DNA from: Eledone cirrhosa
Taxonomy: Eukaryota
Direction: 5' to 3'
Assembly: GCA_964016885.1 (NCBI GenBank)
Contig: OZ024744.1
Coordinates: 92,752,001 to 92,816,000, forward strand
DNA length: 64,000 nucleotides
The notes below the pieces were generated by a model. That model was not told the DNA's origin. It searched no databases and saw only the letters and a program-made list of their open reading frames with translations. Below, in pieces: positions 24,905 to 42,629 of the stretch; positions within the stretch are counted from its first letter, which is position 1, and every line of letters starts with the position of its first letter. The position numbers were made by a program, and so were the translations under genes.

Positions 24905-25815
24905 TAGTACCACTTTACAGAGTGTACCAGGTGCATTTTATCATGGCACCAGTACTACCACTTTACAGAGTGTACTAGGTACATTTTATTGTGGCACCAA
25001 CACTGCCACTTTACAGAGTGTAATGGGTACATATTATCATGGCAACAAGCACTACCCCTTTACTAAGTGTTTTAGGTATATTTTATTGTGGCACCAGCAC
25101 TATCACTTTGCTAATTGTCCTGGGTACATGTTATTGTGGTACCAACAATACCACTTTACAGAGTGTACTGAGTACATTTTATTGTGGCACCAGCACTATC
25201 ACTTTGCTAATTGTCCTGGGTACATGTTATTGTGGTACCAACAATACCACTTTACAGAGTGTACTGAGTACATTTTATTGTGGCACCAGCACTATCACTT
25301 TGCTAATTGTCCTGGGTACATGTTATTGTGGTACCAACAATACCACTTTACAGAGTGTACTGAGTACATTTTATTGTGACACCAGCACTATCACTTTACT
25401 GATTGTCCTGGGTACATTTTATTATGACAACGGCCCTACCACTTTACATAGTGTAATGGGTACATTGTATTGTGGGACAAAGTGTACTGGGTACATGTTA
25501 ATGTGGTACGAACAATACCACTTTACAGAGTGTACTGAGTACATTTTATTGTGACACCAGCACTATCACTTTACTGATTGTCCTGGGTACATTTTATTAT
25601 GACAACGGCCCTACCACTTTATTATGACAACGGCCCTACCACTTTACATAGTGTAGTAGGTACATTGTATTGTGGGACAGAGTGTACTGGGTACATGTTA
25701 ATGTGGTACCAAAAATACCACTTTACAGAGAGTACTGAGTACATTTTATTGTGACACCAGCACTATCACTTTACTGATTGTCCTGGGTACATTTTATTAT
25801 GACAACAGCCCTAGT
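24905..25815. repeat. Minisatellite, ~32-bp monomer with a 96-bp higher-order unit
   Basis: gtggcaccagcactatcactttgc recurs every 96 bp from 25088. Confidence 0.9.
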
Positions 25816-26174
25816 GAGTTTGCCTTGGGACTTGCAAGACTAAAAGCCACTTATTACCATCCCCTTCACTACTAATGCATTCATCAGCACCACCGCAGCC
25901 ACGATACCCCAACCATTTTCGCATCATCACTATCATCAATACCTCATCATTATAAATTGACTCTTATTGAAAAGGGTAATATTAACTCTTGTGATGGTCT
26001 AGAAAAGTGTTGTTGTTTTTTTTAAATGGAGAGTGTAGTTCCTTGAATTACTTGAGATAGTTCCACTCTCTAGGGGAAGGAGATTAATAAATGATATTGG
26101 GGTATGGTTCATTTAATTCATCTATTGCCAAGAGAATTTATTGGCTATGAAATAGTTACCATAGTTACAATAAC

Positions 26175-26224
<50 letters not shown>

Positions 26225-26299
26225 GTTTTAAAATGACATTCCGACTAGGGAAAAGTGAAACCAAAATGTTGTTAATATATTTTAAAATGAAACTATGAC

Positions 26300-26782
26300 A
26301 TTGACGATGATGATGATTATGATGATGATGATAATGATGATGATGATGATAATGATGATAATGATGATAATGATGATGAGGCGGAGGAGGATAGGAGGGT
26401 GACGATTACTAGAATGACAACAATGATGATAATGATGATGACAATGATGATGATGATAATTATGATGATGGTGATGATGATGATGATGATGATGATGGTG
26501 GTGGTTGTGGTGGTGGTGGTGGTGGCCATAAGAATGATGATGATGGTGATGACAATGATGATGACGATAGTTACAAGAATAAAAATGATGATGATGATGA
26601 TGATGATGACGATGATGAAAATGATGATGCTGCTGATGATGATGATAATGCTGCTGTTGATGATGACGATGATGATGATGATGATGACGATGATGAAAAT
26701 GATGATGATGATGATGACGATGATGTTGCTGATGATGATGATGATAATGCTGCTGTTGATGATGATGATGATGATGATGATG
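26300..26782. repeat. (GAT)n microsatellite
   Basis: Direct inspection. Confidence 0.95.
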
Positions 26783-26852
26783 TAAAAATAAAAAAATAAA
26801 TGTTATCATATTTAAACAAACATTCATGCGTGTAAAGCTCAAAATTGTTATA

Positions 26853-27002
26853 CAGTGAAATTCCGTTATAACGAAATTGACGAGGTGTAAAAAAATTTAA
26901 TTATAATATGAAAAAGTTCTTTATAACGAGATCGACTGAAACAAATCAAACGTTTGTTTGTTACCTCAGTGATTGAAAAATTGTTACAACGGAATTTTAC
27001 TT
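26853..27002. mobile_element. Tigger/pogo-like MITE
   Basis: ta|cagtgaaattccgttataacga ... ttgttacaacggaattttactt imperfect TIRs. Confidence 0.55.
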
Positions 27003-27207
27003 ATACTTACTTATACTGAGGAAATAAATTTATAGAAGACATAGGATGCTCAAGTACAGAAAATAACTGCAATTAAAATCTAATCTCTAATCTAATCTGG
27101 CCGAGTTTATACTCACAAATAAGAAGAACCAGGGCTGCACATATATATGTTATATATACACCCAGAATTATATACATTATATACACATTATTATACACTA
27201 TTATTAA

Positions 27208-27650
27208 CTGGTGGTGGATTGGCAGTATCGGTAGAGGGTCGGACACCATGCTTTGACGCATAGAGTTACGGCCCTTGCCATTCTGAGTTCAAATCCCGCC
27301 GAGGTTAACTTTACCTTTCATCCTTACGGGGGTTGATAAAATAAAGTACCAGTAATACACTGGGTAATTGCTGGCCTTGTGCCAAAAGTAGAAACAATTA
27401 TTATACACTATTATATACACACCATTATATACACCAATATACACACATCATTATATATACACTATTATATATACACCATTATATACACACCATTATCTAT
27501 ACACCAATATACACACAATCCCTTTACGATCTGAGTTCAAATCCCGTCGAGGTTAACTTTGCCTTTCATCCTTACGGGGTCGATAAAATAAAGTACCAGT
27601 AATGCACTGGGTATTTGCTGGCCTTGTGCCAAAAGTAGAAACAATTATAT
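27208..27650 (+). mobile_element. Meta-domain-like tRNA SINE, two tandem copies (others at ~7870-7965 and ~8975-9075)
   Basis: gagttcaaatccc B box followed by cctttcatccttacggggtcgataaaataaagtaccag. Confidence 0.7.
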
Positions 27651-28788
27651 ATACACCATTATATATACACCATTATGTATACACCATTATATACACCAAT
27701 ATACACACATCATTATATATACACTATTATATATACACCATTATATATACACCATTATGTATACACCATTATATACACCAATATACACACATCATTATAT
27801 ATACACCATTATATATACACTATTATATATACACCATTATGTATACACCATTATGTATACACCATTATATACACCAATATACACACATCATTATATATAC
27901 ACCATTATATATACACCATTATATAAACACCATTATGTATACACCATTATATACACCAATATACACACATCATTATATATATACCATTATATATACACTA
28001 TTATACGTGTATATACACCAATATACACACATCATTATATATACACCATTATATATACACCATTATATAAACACCATTATGTATACACCATTATGTATAC
28101 ACCATTATATACACCAATATACACACATCATTATATATACACTATTATATATACACCATTATATATACACCATTATGTATACACCATTATATACACCAAT
28201 ATACACACATCATTATATATACACCAGTATATATACACCATTATATAAACACCATTATGTATACACCATTATATACACCAATATACACACATCATTATAT
28301 ATATACCATTATATATACACTATTATACGTGTATATACACCAATATACACACATCATTATATATACACCATTATAAATACACCATTATATAAACACCATT
28401 ATGTATACACCATTATATACACCAATATACACACATCATTATATATATACACCATTATATATACACTATTATACGTGTATATACACCATTATGTATACAC
28501 CATTATGTATACACCATTATATACACCAATATACACACATCATTATATATACACTATTATATATACACCATTATATATACACCATTATGTATACACCATT
28601 ATATACACCAATATACACACATCATTATATATACACTATTATATATACACCATTATGTATACACCATTATGTATACACCATTATATACACCAATATACAC
28701 ACATCATTATATATACACTATTATATATACACCATTATATATACACCATTATGTATACACCATTATATACACCATTATATATATATAT
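27645..28788. repeat. Complex (ATACACCATTAT)-type minisatellite
   Basis: Direct inspection. Confidence 0.95.
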
Positions 28789-29299
28789 CTAATCTAATCT
28801 GGCCAAGTTTACACTCGCAAATAAAAAGAACCAGGGCTGCCCCTAGGAGCATTGGATTTGGTGTACTTCATATTTGAATCAGGGGTCGCTGCTTCTCCTG
28901 AAGGTCAATAGTTCTCTTCTAACTCAATCGGGAGTGCCTTTCCATTGTCAATTTGCAGTGATCATCTACAAAGCCACATTGTTCTCAGAACCACTACACC
29001 AGTCTGTCGATGCGTGCAGCTGGAACTACTGCCAACCATTGATTTGGCAGGATTGCAACTCATTTCTACAGCTGAGTAATATGGGGCAATTAAAGTCAGT
29101 TGCTATAAAATAGCTTATAAAAAATCAAGTAAAGACCCTTAAAGACGGAAAAAGGTGTTGAGAGCAACTGCTACAAGGAATTGAACTTCATATCTCCCAA
29201 TGTCTTTTCCCCAATTTCTATTTCCTCATTGCTTCGAATATTTGAAAGTTTGAGCTTCATTCAAAATGTTTGTTTAAAATGTGATAAAATTTAAATTTC

Positions 29300-29701
29300 A
29301 CATTATCATCACCATCATTATCATCACCATCATAATCATCACCATCATTATCATCACCATCATAATCATCACCATCATTATCATCACCATCATAATCATC
29401 ACCATCATTATCATCACCATCATAATCATCACCATCATTATCATCACCATCATAATCATCACCATCATTATCATCACCATCATAATTATCACCATCATAA
29501 TTATCATCATCATAATCATCACCATCATAATCATCACCATCATTATCATCACCATCATAATCATCATCATCATAATGATCATCATCATAATCATCACCAT
29601 CTTAATCATCACCATCATAATGATCATCATCATAATCATCACCATCATAATCACCGCCTGGGTCATTATCATTATCATCATCATCATCATCATTGTCGTT
29701 A

Positions 29702-29745
<44 letters not shown>

Positions 29746-29835
29746 TATCAGTATCATTATCATCATCATGATCATCCTCATTATCATCTTCATTATCATC
29801 GTTGTCATCATCACCACCATCATCATCATCATCAT

Positions 29836-29880
<45 letters not shown>

Positions 29881-30015
29881 TGTCCTCATCATAATCATTA
29901 TCATCATCATCATCATCCAGGTCACCACCATCACCACCATCATCATCATCATCATTGCCATTATCATTGTCCTCATCATAATCATTATCATCCAGGTCAC
30001 CACCATCATCACCAC

Positions 30016-30070
<55 letters not shown>

Positions 30071-30116
30071 GTCGTCATCACATTGTTATCATCATCATCA
30101 TCACCATCATCATCAT
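29300..30116. repeat. (CAT)n microsatellite with a 15/30-bp sub-period
   Basis: Direct inspection. Confidence 0.95.
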
Positions 30117-30185
30117 GACGTTTGTTACATTTTCAAAAGTTGTTTGATTCCGTTCTTTAATCTAGACGGTAAGATGTTGTCAGAG

Positions 30186-30260
30186 GTCCCTTAGCTCAAT
30201 GGTTAGAGCACTCAACCAGTATCTGAGAGATACACAATTCAATTCCACGTAGTAGCCACT
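30186..30260 (+). mobile_element. Degenerate tRNA-like SINE head
   Basis: tagctcaatggttagagca A box; B box and acceptor stem decayed. Confidence 0.5.
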
Positions 30261-30435
30261 GGCAACATATTTTTACATCTCTAAGGGTCTTTACCCGATT
30301 TTTTATAAAGTATTTTATAGCAACTGACAGTAATTGCAAATATTTTCTGTGTTTGAGCATTCTATATCTTCTATAAATATACTATTTTTTTTAATATTTG
30401 CAGGAATCATTGAATAAACAATGTTATACAAACTA

Positions 30436-30603
30436 CCGTATTTCCCGGCGTCAAAGATGCTACTTTTTTCCTAAAATAAGTCTCAAAAATTTACCATGCG
30501 TTCTGGAGACCGAAGGTTGTTTATTATTTTTTTTCATATTTTTGGTTATCAAAATTAGGGTGCATCCTCAAGAATGAAGTGTCTTCGACACCGGGAAATA
30601 CGG
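30436..30603. mobile_element. Tc1/mariner (pogo/Tigger-like) MITE with TA TSD
   Basis: ta|ccgtatttcccggcgtcaaaga ... tcttcgacaccgggaaatacgg|ta. Confidence 0.85.
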
Positions 30604-30664
30604 TATGTAGTATAATGTGAAGAATTCTAAGGATATAGAAGAGAAGTTTGTGAAGAAATTGGAC

Positions 30665-31240
30665 TAAGATATTTAGGAACCTATGATCCTTTGGATCAAA
30701 TCAATGGTTCAAAATATTCAGGAACCTCTGATTTATAGGATCAAAACTTATTTCTTTTGGAAGATCAATCAAAGTTTTGTACTGATGTGTTGAACAAATT
30801 ATTAGTGTGCTCCTGTTTAAGAACCTCTGAGCCATTGGATAAAATCAAAGATTCAAAATATTCAAGACTTCTGATCTCTAGGATCAACTCAATGGTTCAA
30901 AATATATTTCTTGTAAAAGCTCAATCAAGGTTTTGAGCAAGTGTGTTGAACCAATTACTACTGCATCTGTATTTATTTAGGAACCATAGGATCAAATCAG
31001 CAATTCAAAACTTATTTCATGTGAAAGATAGATCAACATTTTGAGCTGGTTTGTTGAACCAATTATTACTGCATCTGTATTTATTTAGGAACCTCTGATC
31101 TGCAGGATTATATTAAAGGTTCAAAATATTCAGGACCTCTGGTCTCTAGGATCAAACCAATGGTTCAAAACATATTTCTTGTGCTAGATCAATCAAGGTT
31201 TTGAGCTGCTGTGTTGAACCAATTATTACTGAGCTTTTAT
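30665..31240. repeat. Degenerate tandem repeat (ggaacctctgatc..ggatcaaa..ggttcaaaa)
   Basis: Recurring motifs with two alternating sub-units. Confidence 0.7.
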
Positions 31241-31481
31241 TTGTTACTCTGATTTCAGAGTCATTAGGTTTCAGATAAATACATAAACACTTTAAAATAA
31301 TCAGCTTGGTTTAGTAGACCCAGGTGTTGTTTGGTGATATGCCATGTATCACAACACCACATCACCTATGACTCCATTGGGAGTTAAAGGTTCATAGCCC
31401 ATGGATGGATATATTTACATGACAGCCTAAGTAGGGTGGACATTTCTGTCCACAAAGTCAACATAAAGGATTGCTTTAATA

Positions 31482-32451
31482 TAGGGGTGAGGAACATATT
31501 CCATTGGCAGGCCACTTTTGAACATTGGAACAACTATTAGGGCCATCGATATTTATTAAGCACTATTCCAAAGATTCACCACAACTTCTTTCCATAACAT
31601 GGAACTGGGAAATTATAACACACATAACCCTATCAGAACAACTATGAGGGCCATTAATATTTATTAAGCACTATTCCAAAGACACACCATAACTTCTTTC
31701 CATAACATCGAACTGGGAAATTATAACACACATAACCCTATCAGAACAACTATTAGGGCCATTAATATTTATTAAACACTATTCCAAAGATTCACCACAA
31801 CTTCTTTCCATAACATGTAACTGGGAAATTATAACACATAACCCTATCAGAACAACTATTAGGGCCATTAATATTTATTAAACACTATTCCAAAGATTCA
31901 CCACAACTTCTTTCCATAACATGGAACTGGGAAATTATAACACACATAACCCTATCAGAACAACTATTAGGGCCATTAATATTTATTAAACACTATTCCA
32001 AAGATTCACCACAACTTCTTTCCATAACATGGAACTGGGAAATTATAACACACATAACCCTATCAGAACAACTATTAGGGCCATTAATATTTATTAAGTA
32101 CTATTCCAAAGATTCACCACAACTTCTTTCCATAACATGGAACTGGGAAATTATTATAACACACATAACCCTATCAGAACAACTATTAGGGCCATTAATA
32201 TTTATTAAGCACTATTCCAAAGATTCACCACAACTTCTTTCCATAACATGGAACTGGGAAATTATAACACACATAGCCCTATCAGTGAAGCCCTTTAGTA
32301 TAGGTCAACTAACAGAAAATTGTATTACGGTTACGAAAAAAATTCTAAATAAGCCTACAAGGTAAAAATTAAAAACGATCATCGTGGGTCACTCTGACTG
32401 GTCTGGCGCGCCGGATTGTGGCTCGTGGGCGACATGTTGCACGCCTCCTGT
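31482..32451. mobile_element. hAT-like non-autonomous element containing a tandem array
   Basis: taggggtgaggaacat ... atgttgcacgcctcctg ends; 8-bp ctttaata on both flanks. Confidence 0.55.
31528..32285. repeat. Minisatellite, 7 x ~108 bp
   Basis: caactat(t/g)agggcc at 31531, 31639, 31747, 31853, 31961, 32069, 32180. Confidence 0.95.
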
Positions 32452-32979
32452 CTTTAATAAGTCTTTCCTTTCATCTTTTTGCCGCTCTGCTTTACCCTCC
32501 CATCACATATATATATGATGGGAATAGATATTTAACTTTTCATTGAAATGTCTGATTATATTAGAGAGAAATAACTTTCTGATTAATATTGGCTACACCT
32601 TTATTGTTGAGTAAATTCAGACAGGTTTTTAGGTGTTATTTCTAGCCTCATTAACAGCCTGTCATATTATCATAATATAAAGAGAGATATTTGTTCATTT
32701 AGTAGTTCAATGACACAACTTGTTGGTCATGCCATGCTGTTTCAACAATGACATGGTCTGTATACTATCTATTCAATATTTTCTCTACTTCCAAAGGATT
32801 TCCACCTGCAGACAGAATAATTTTACCAGAATTAATTGTCTTAATTTATTAAGATAATTAGTATAATTGTTTATTCCAGAAACTGCAGTTAGGGACATTA
32901 CATGAGTGAAATTGACTTATTTTCATTTGACTAATTTATATCCATCCAAATCAAGATTTTGGCTTAAGTTATATATATA

Positions 32980-33064
32980 TATGGCGTAGCCATTACAATA
33001 CAACAGGAGGAAACATAATAGTACCACTGATGATGTCACAGATGTGTGACAAGAGAACTTTGAT

Positions 33065-33107
<43 letters not shown>

Positions 33108-33282
33108 CTGTATTTTAACTGTTGGTCAATCAATGATAAACATTGATTGCCAGATAAATTAACTATGGAGATATAAAAGAAACAGAAGTGAAAACCAACC
33201 CAAACCAAACAGTGAGTGTGTTTTATTATTATTTCTGGCAATATTATAACAATATGACACACCCTCCCCAAATATAACAATA
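32980..33282 (+). mobile_element. Solo PLE pLTR with decayed HHR (GAAA to AAGA)
   Basis: Homologous to 1890-2178; CTGATGA at 33027. Confidence 0.75.
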
Positions 33283-33299
33283 TATATATATATATATAG

Positions 33300-34065
33300 T
33301 CCCGGAAAGAGTTATAGGACAGCTGATAAGGGATTGATTTAACCTGCATGAGATACAGTTTGGATTGGTGACACATAAAAGTACCACTGGTGCCCTCTTC
33401 CTTGTGAGGTAACTCCAGGTGAGGTACATAGCTAGAAGTAAACACCTCTACTTGGCCTTGGTTGACCTGGAGAAAGCTTTTCACACAGTCCCAAGCTCTC
33501 ATGCCATAATCTGGTGGACTCTTAGAAAACTAGGAGTAAATGAAGAGCATGTGAAAGCAGTACAAGCCATGTATAGAGGAACAGTCAGCAAGGTTAGAAT
33601 TAACAATGACTATAGTGAAGAATTTAGTGTACAGGTAGTTCATCAAATCTCCATTCCTAGCCCTCTCCTGTTTTTTATCATCCTGTAGGTTATAGCAAAA
33701 GCGTTTAAGACTGGCTGCCCATTGGAGCTCCTATATGTAGCTGATCTAACCCTTATAGTTGAATCTATGGCAGAATTGAACTGGAAGCATAGCCTAAGAT
33801 CAAAAAGTCTTAAAGTCAACTTGTCAAAGACTAAAGTTCTAGTAAGTAGAAAGGAAAACAAGGCCCAGATCTTTCCAGAGGAATGACTTTGCTCAGTGTG
33901 TAGTAAAGGAGTAGGTGGGAATTCCATCCTAAATTTTTTAAAAGTGGCCAGTCCACGCTGTAAGGTGATCATGCTGGTGACACGACAAAAAGCACACAAT
34001 TCACCCTGCAAGGTGGTCATTTCAGTGCCATGATAAAAAGCACCCAGTCCACACTGTAACACAGA
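33300..34065 (+). mobile_element. Degenerate RTE LINE RT fragment
   Basis: LALVDLEKAF..IWWTLRKLGV; homologous to 36960-37600. Confidence 0.8.
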
Positions 34066-34264
34066 AAGCAAGCCAAAATACAGATTTGTATGAGCATGAT
34101 GTGGTTTCCAGATCTAATTTGTCTTATAATGTGACAACATGCATAATATATGCAAGAGTAGAAAATAGACGTTAAATGACGAAGATGATAATGATGATGA
34201 TGTATATATATATCATCATCATCATCATCATCATTTTACATCCGCTTTTCCCTGCTATATATAT

Positions 34265-34375
34265 ATTATTAAGTAAAATGACAGGAGGCTGGACTGGTGA
34301 AATTCCTTCAAAGATTTATTATAAATCTTTGAAGGAATTTCACCAGTCCAACCTCCTGTCATTTTACTTAATAAT
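34265..34375. repeat. Near-perfect 111-bp palindrome
   Basis: 55-bp arms, one mismatch, 1-nt spacer at 34320. Confidence 0.92.
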
Positions 34376-34828
34376 TATTATAACTCCATTCTTGCACCAC
34401 CAACAAGATTCAACATCGAAGATGGATGAGTTGCGTAACGTTGAGTGCTTTTCCTAATATTACATCATGGTTGACTATATGGAATGACCAGTTCTATCCA
34501 GTGGTGAACCAACAAACCTAAATATATATATATATATATATATATTGGTAAATGGAAAAGAAAATGCTGACAAATTGTTCACAGTGAAAAATAGTTTAAT
34601 TAGGAATAAGTGAGAATTAGTAATAGTATTGGTTAGTATTCAGTTTTTGGTTTTAATTTTTACTGGTTGCGCATTTCTAATGCTTTTCAAAAATAATTTT
34701 GTGATAGAGCGTCCGTGATGTTTGCTCTAATCAGTGAACAATTTGTCAGCATTTTCTTTTCCGTTTACCAATATATCATAACTTGTGTGTTACACCTCTA
34801 TTCTTTTAAATATATATATATATATATA

Positions 34829-35169
34829 TCATTTCATTCATTTCATTTTACGTTCGCTTTTTCCCTGCTTGCAAGGGTGGGACGGGAACTGATGCTGGCT
34901 TGATTTCTACAGCTGGATGCCCTTCCTAACACCAACCTCATTTACAGTGAGTGCTGGGTGCTTTTTTGCCGTGGCACCTCCACGACCACTTTGCAGTGGA
35001 ATGATATGGACCCCAGTCCCTATCATCTCATTTCTACAGCTGAGTAAACTGGAGCAATGTGAAATAAAGTGTCTTGCTCAAGGAAACAACACATCACCCG
35101 GTCTGAGAATTGAACTCACAACCTTTCGATTGCAAGGCCAATGCTCTAACCACTAAGCCATGTGCCTCC

Positions 35170-35170
<1 letters not shown>
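34829..35170 (-). mobile_element. SINE (same family as 14896-15227)
   Basis: Near-identical sequence. Confidence 0.88.
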
Positions 35171-35200
<30 letters not shown>

Positions 35201-35221
35201 ATATATATTATATATATATAT

Positions 35222-35622
35222 ATTGTTTTACTTTGGGAGATTGTTTATATATTGTCAAAGCAAATCAGACACGCACAGATAGAACAAACAACCAACTAGT
35301 GACAATTAAATAAAAACATACATACACACACACCCGGATGGAACGTATGCGCAAACTAAGCACACAACACACAAAAACAAAATGGTGTAGGACATAACAA
35401 AGAAGAGGTCACAGAATGTGTGATGAAAGAGTTTTGACAATATATAAACAACCCTCCCGTTATCAAACCAACCAATCAATCAGAAATTTATAATAAATTA
35501 AAGTGAAAATTAACAGGTACATGTTTTTATTGACAACATGACCCTCCCAAAGTATAACAATATCTGTTTCAATGCACGTTTTCAGATAAGAAATCTCACA
35601 AAACAAATTCAAAAACGAATTA
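35222..35622 (+). mobile_element. Solo PLE pLTR with HHR 5' core deleted and a short 5' inversion
   Basis: Homologous to 20380-20745. Confidence 0.75.
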
Positions 35623-35821
35623 TATATATATATATAAATCAGGAAAGAAGAGTGATACGGTTTGCTATACAAAAAAGGTTTTTAATCTCATTGCTGACAA
35701 TTGTTTCTCTGAACTGGTAGGTCTAGAGATCGCTATCCGCTTATTTTCACGTTACTCGATCGCCAATACAAAGTTATAACCAGTCAATTCATCTACCTAT
35801 AACAATAATTTGTTACCCCGT

Positions 35822-36160
35822 ATTTCATTTCATATTTCATTTCATTTTACGTCCGCTTTTTCCCTGCTTGCAAGAGTGGGACGGGAACTGATTCTGGCTT
35901 GATTTCTACAGCTGGATGACCTACCTAACACCAACCTCATTTACAGTGAGTGCTGGGTGCTTTTTTGCCGTGGCACCTCCACGACCACTTTACAGTGGAA
36001 TGATAGGGACCCCAGTCCTTATCATCTCATTTCTACAGCTGAGTAAACTGGGGCAATGTGAAATAAAGTGTCTTGTTCAAGGAAACAACACATCACCCGG
36101 TCTGAGAATTGAACTCACAACCTTTCGATTGCAAGGCCAATGCTCTAACCACTAAGCCAT
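35822..36160 (-). mobile_element. SINE (same family as 14896-15227)
   Basis: Near-identical sequence. Confidence 0.88.
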
Positions 36161-36268
36161 TATTACTATATATATTTATATATAGTAATAATAATAAATT
36201 TGAAGACTAAAATCCAAAGAGTGCTCGATTCTTTGCTTAAACTTTAATCTGTTATTTTAATAAATATA

Positions 36269-38722
<2,454 letters not shown>

Positions 38723-38732
38723 GTTATATATA

Positions 38733-38938
38733 TCATCATCATCATCATCATCATCATCGTTTAACGTCTATCTTCCACGCTAGCATGGGTTAGATGGGAA
38801 TCTTGAGGCAAGATTGGTCAGGTGACCATGTCTCACTCGTATAGGGCTATCTGGCAGGTTTTCTATGGCTGAATGCCCTTCCTAACACCAACCATATTTA
38901 CAGTGTGGACTGGGACCTTTTTACCATGTTACCTACCT
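38733..38938 (-). mobile_element. RTE LINE 3' end, tail-to-tail with the preceding copy
   Basis: Reverse complement of 38535-38712. Confidence 0.85.
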
Positions 38939-39034
38939 ATATATATATATATATATATATATATAGGAACCAGTAAGACCCCGACAGCTGAGCTCAAGCC
39001 GTTTCGACCCCGACAGCTGAGCTCAAGCCGTTTC

Positions 39035-40610
<1,576 letters not shown>

Positions 40611-40667
40611 TATGTATATATATATGTAAAAGAAATCAAAGAACGCCTACATGCTCATACAATTTCC

Positions 40668-40701
<34 letters not shown>

Positions 40702-40760
40702 TCTTTTACCTCTTTTACCTGTTTCAGCCATCCGGCTGAGGCCATGCTGGGGCACCGCCC

Positions 40761-40795
<35 letters not shown>

Positions 40796-41026
40796 GGAAT
40801 AGAATGAAACAAAATTTCATTTCTCACTCTTAGTATGGCACTTACTTAAATGTAAGTGCCGTACTAAGAGTGAGAAATGAAATTTCGTTTCATTCTATTC
40901 CATTTATCGTTTTCGGTGTGCCTGGCCGACTGAACTCACTCGATATGCAAATTAGGCTGCTCAGCTGTTAATATGCATAAGGAAAGTATATACTTTCAGA
41001 CGTTCAACCATCTGGCAGGAAGGTAT

Positions 41027-41068
41027 ACAATGCTGACGATAGCTAATAAGCTGAAACTAGTACATCGT
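41027..41068 (+). ncRNA. Minimal type I hammerhead ribozyme
   Basis: acaatg-CTGACGA-t-agct-aata-agct-GAAA-ctag-TA-catcgt. Confidence 0.82.
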
Positions 41069-41270
41069 TCCTGTGTCAGTGTTGAACAAAAAGGTGACGT
41101 GGTTGCCTAAACACTGTACGGCGTAATTCGGGCTGTTTGTTTGTTTACAAACGAACAAACCGAGCATTATAATAAATGTTCGGTAAACCGATATGTGCAT
41201 ATATATATGTGTGCATGTATGTATATATATACATACTACTGTACGTCTGTATACATATATGTATGTACGT

Positions 41271-41341
<71 letters not shown>

Positions 41342-41342
<1 letters not shown>

Positions 41343-41673
41343 GGCTTAGTGGTTAGAGCATTGGCCTTGCAATCGAAATGTTGTGAGTTCAATTCTCAGA
41401 ACGGGTGATGTGTTGTTTCCTTGAGCAAGACACTTTATTTCACATTGCTCCAGTTTACTCAGCTGTAGAAATGAGATGATAGGACTGGGGTCCCTATCAT
41501 TCCACTGCAAAGTGGTCGTGGAGGTGCCAAGGCAAAAAAGCACCCAGCACTCACTGTAAATGAGGTTGGTGTTAGGAAGGGCATCCAGCTGTAGAAATCA
41601 AGCCAGAATAGTTCCCGTCCCACCCTTGCAAGCAGGGAAAAGCGGACGTAAAATGAAATGATGATGATGATGA
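41342..41673 (+). mobile_element. SINE (same family as 14896-15227)
   Basis: A/B boxes, CORE-like centre, RTE-like tail. Confidence 0.88.
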
Positions 41674-41807
41674 TATAATAATTAAATCCATAGTAGATAG
41701 TTGCGTAGAAACATCAATCACAGATTTTTGCTGAGAAATCTCTGATACTAAGAGTTTACTTAAGAATTTAAATATCAGGAGAGATGAATTGATTTATAGG
41801 CTGTAAT

Positions 41808-41916
41808 ATCATCATTATCATCATCATCATCATCATCATGACCATCACCACTGCCAACACCACCACCACCATCATCATCATTGCCACCAGCACCACCACC
41901 AACAGTACCACCACTG

Positions 41917-41949
<33 letters not shown>

Positions 41950-42190
41950 TTATTGCCACCAGCACCACCACCACCAGTACCACCACTGCCACCACCATCA
42001 CCTTCAATATCATCATCATCATCATCATCATTGCCACCAGCACCAGCACCACCAGTACCACTAGTGCCACCACCATCATCATCATCATCATCATCATCAT
42101 TGCCAGCAGCACCAGCACCACCAGTACCACTAGTGCCACCACCATCACTCTTGTTTTCGTCATCATTATCATCATCTTCATCATCATCAT
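41808..42190. repeat. (CAT/CAC/CAG)n compound microsatellite
   Basis: Direct inspection. Confidence 0.9.
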
Positions 42191-42629
42191 TTAATGTCCA
42201 TTTTCCTTGCTAGCATAATATAGGCAAATTTACCAACCCCAAAATAACCTTTCATAGTCATTCTAAGATTATATTTCACTAAAAAGGTTTAATAAGACTG
42301 AAAGATGTGCAAAGATCTCACAAAACTTAGATTTTGATTATGTTAACATCTTTGCCTCATCAATAGTCGGGTTTATAATTCCTGCATACTTCAACCATGG
42401 ATCCCAATAATATCTTCTGATTGGTTTAGCAAACAATTATTTCTTTGTGTATATTGTATTTTCTGCTTGACATACACATCTGGTATACTTGAGGTCTTGT
42501 ACATAGATAAAGTTTCATAGGGGTTAGTCTTGACAATGATTTTGTATTTCTATGTTAGTGTATGCAAAGATGTATTCTCTTTCATCACAATTGATTCTGC
42601 TCCGACCACCCTTTATATGTTTTGAGGTG

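Noticed and set aside
24168-30147. Poly-His/Met/Ile and YT-rich ORFs
   Set aside because: Translations of micro- and minisatellites
30186-30260. Functional tRNA gene
   Set aside because: T-arm/B box and acceptor stem do not form
30385-30430. Possible splice acceptor (ttttaatatttgcag) of a host exon
   Set aside because: No convincing donor or coding context; not supportable without RNA data
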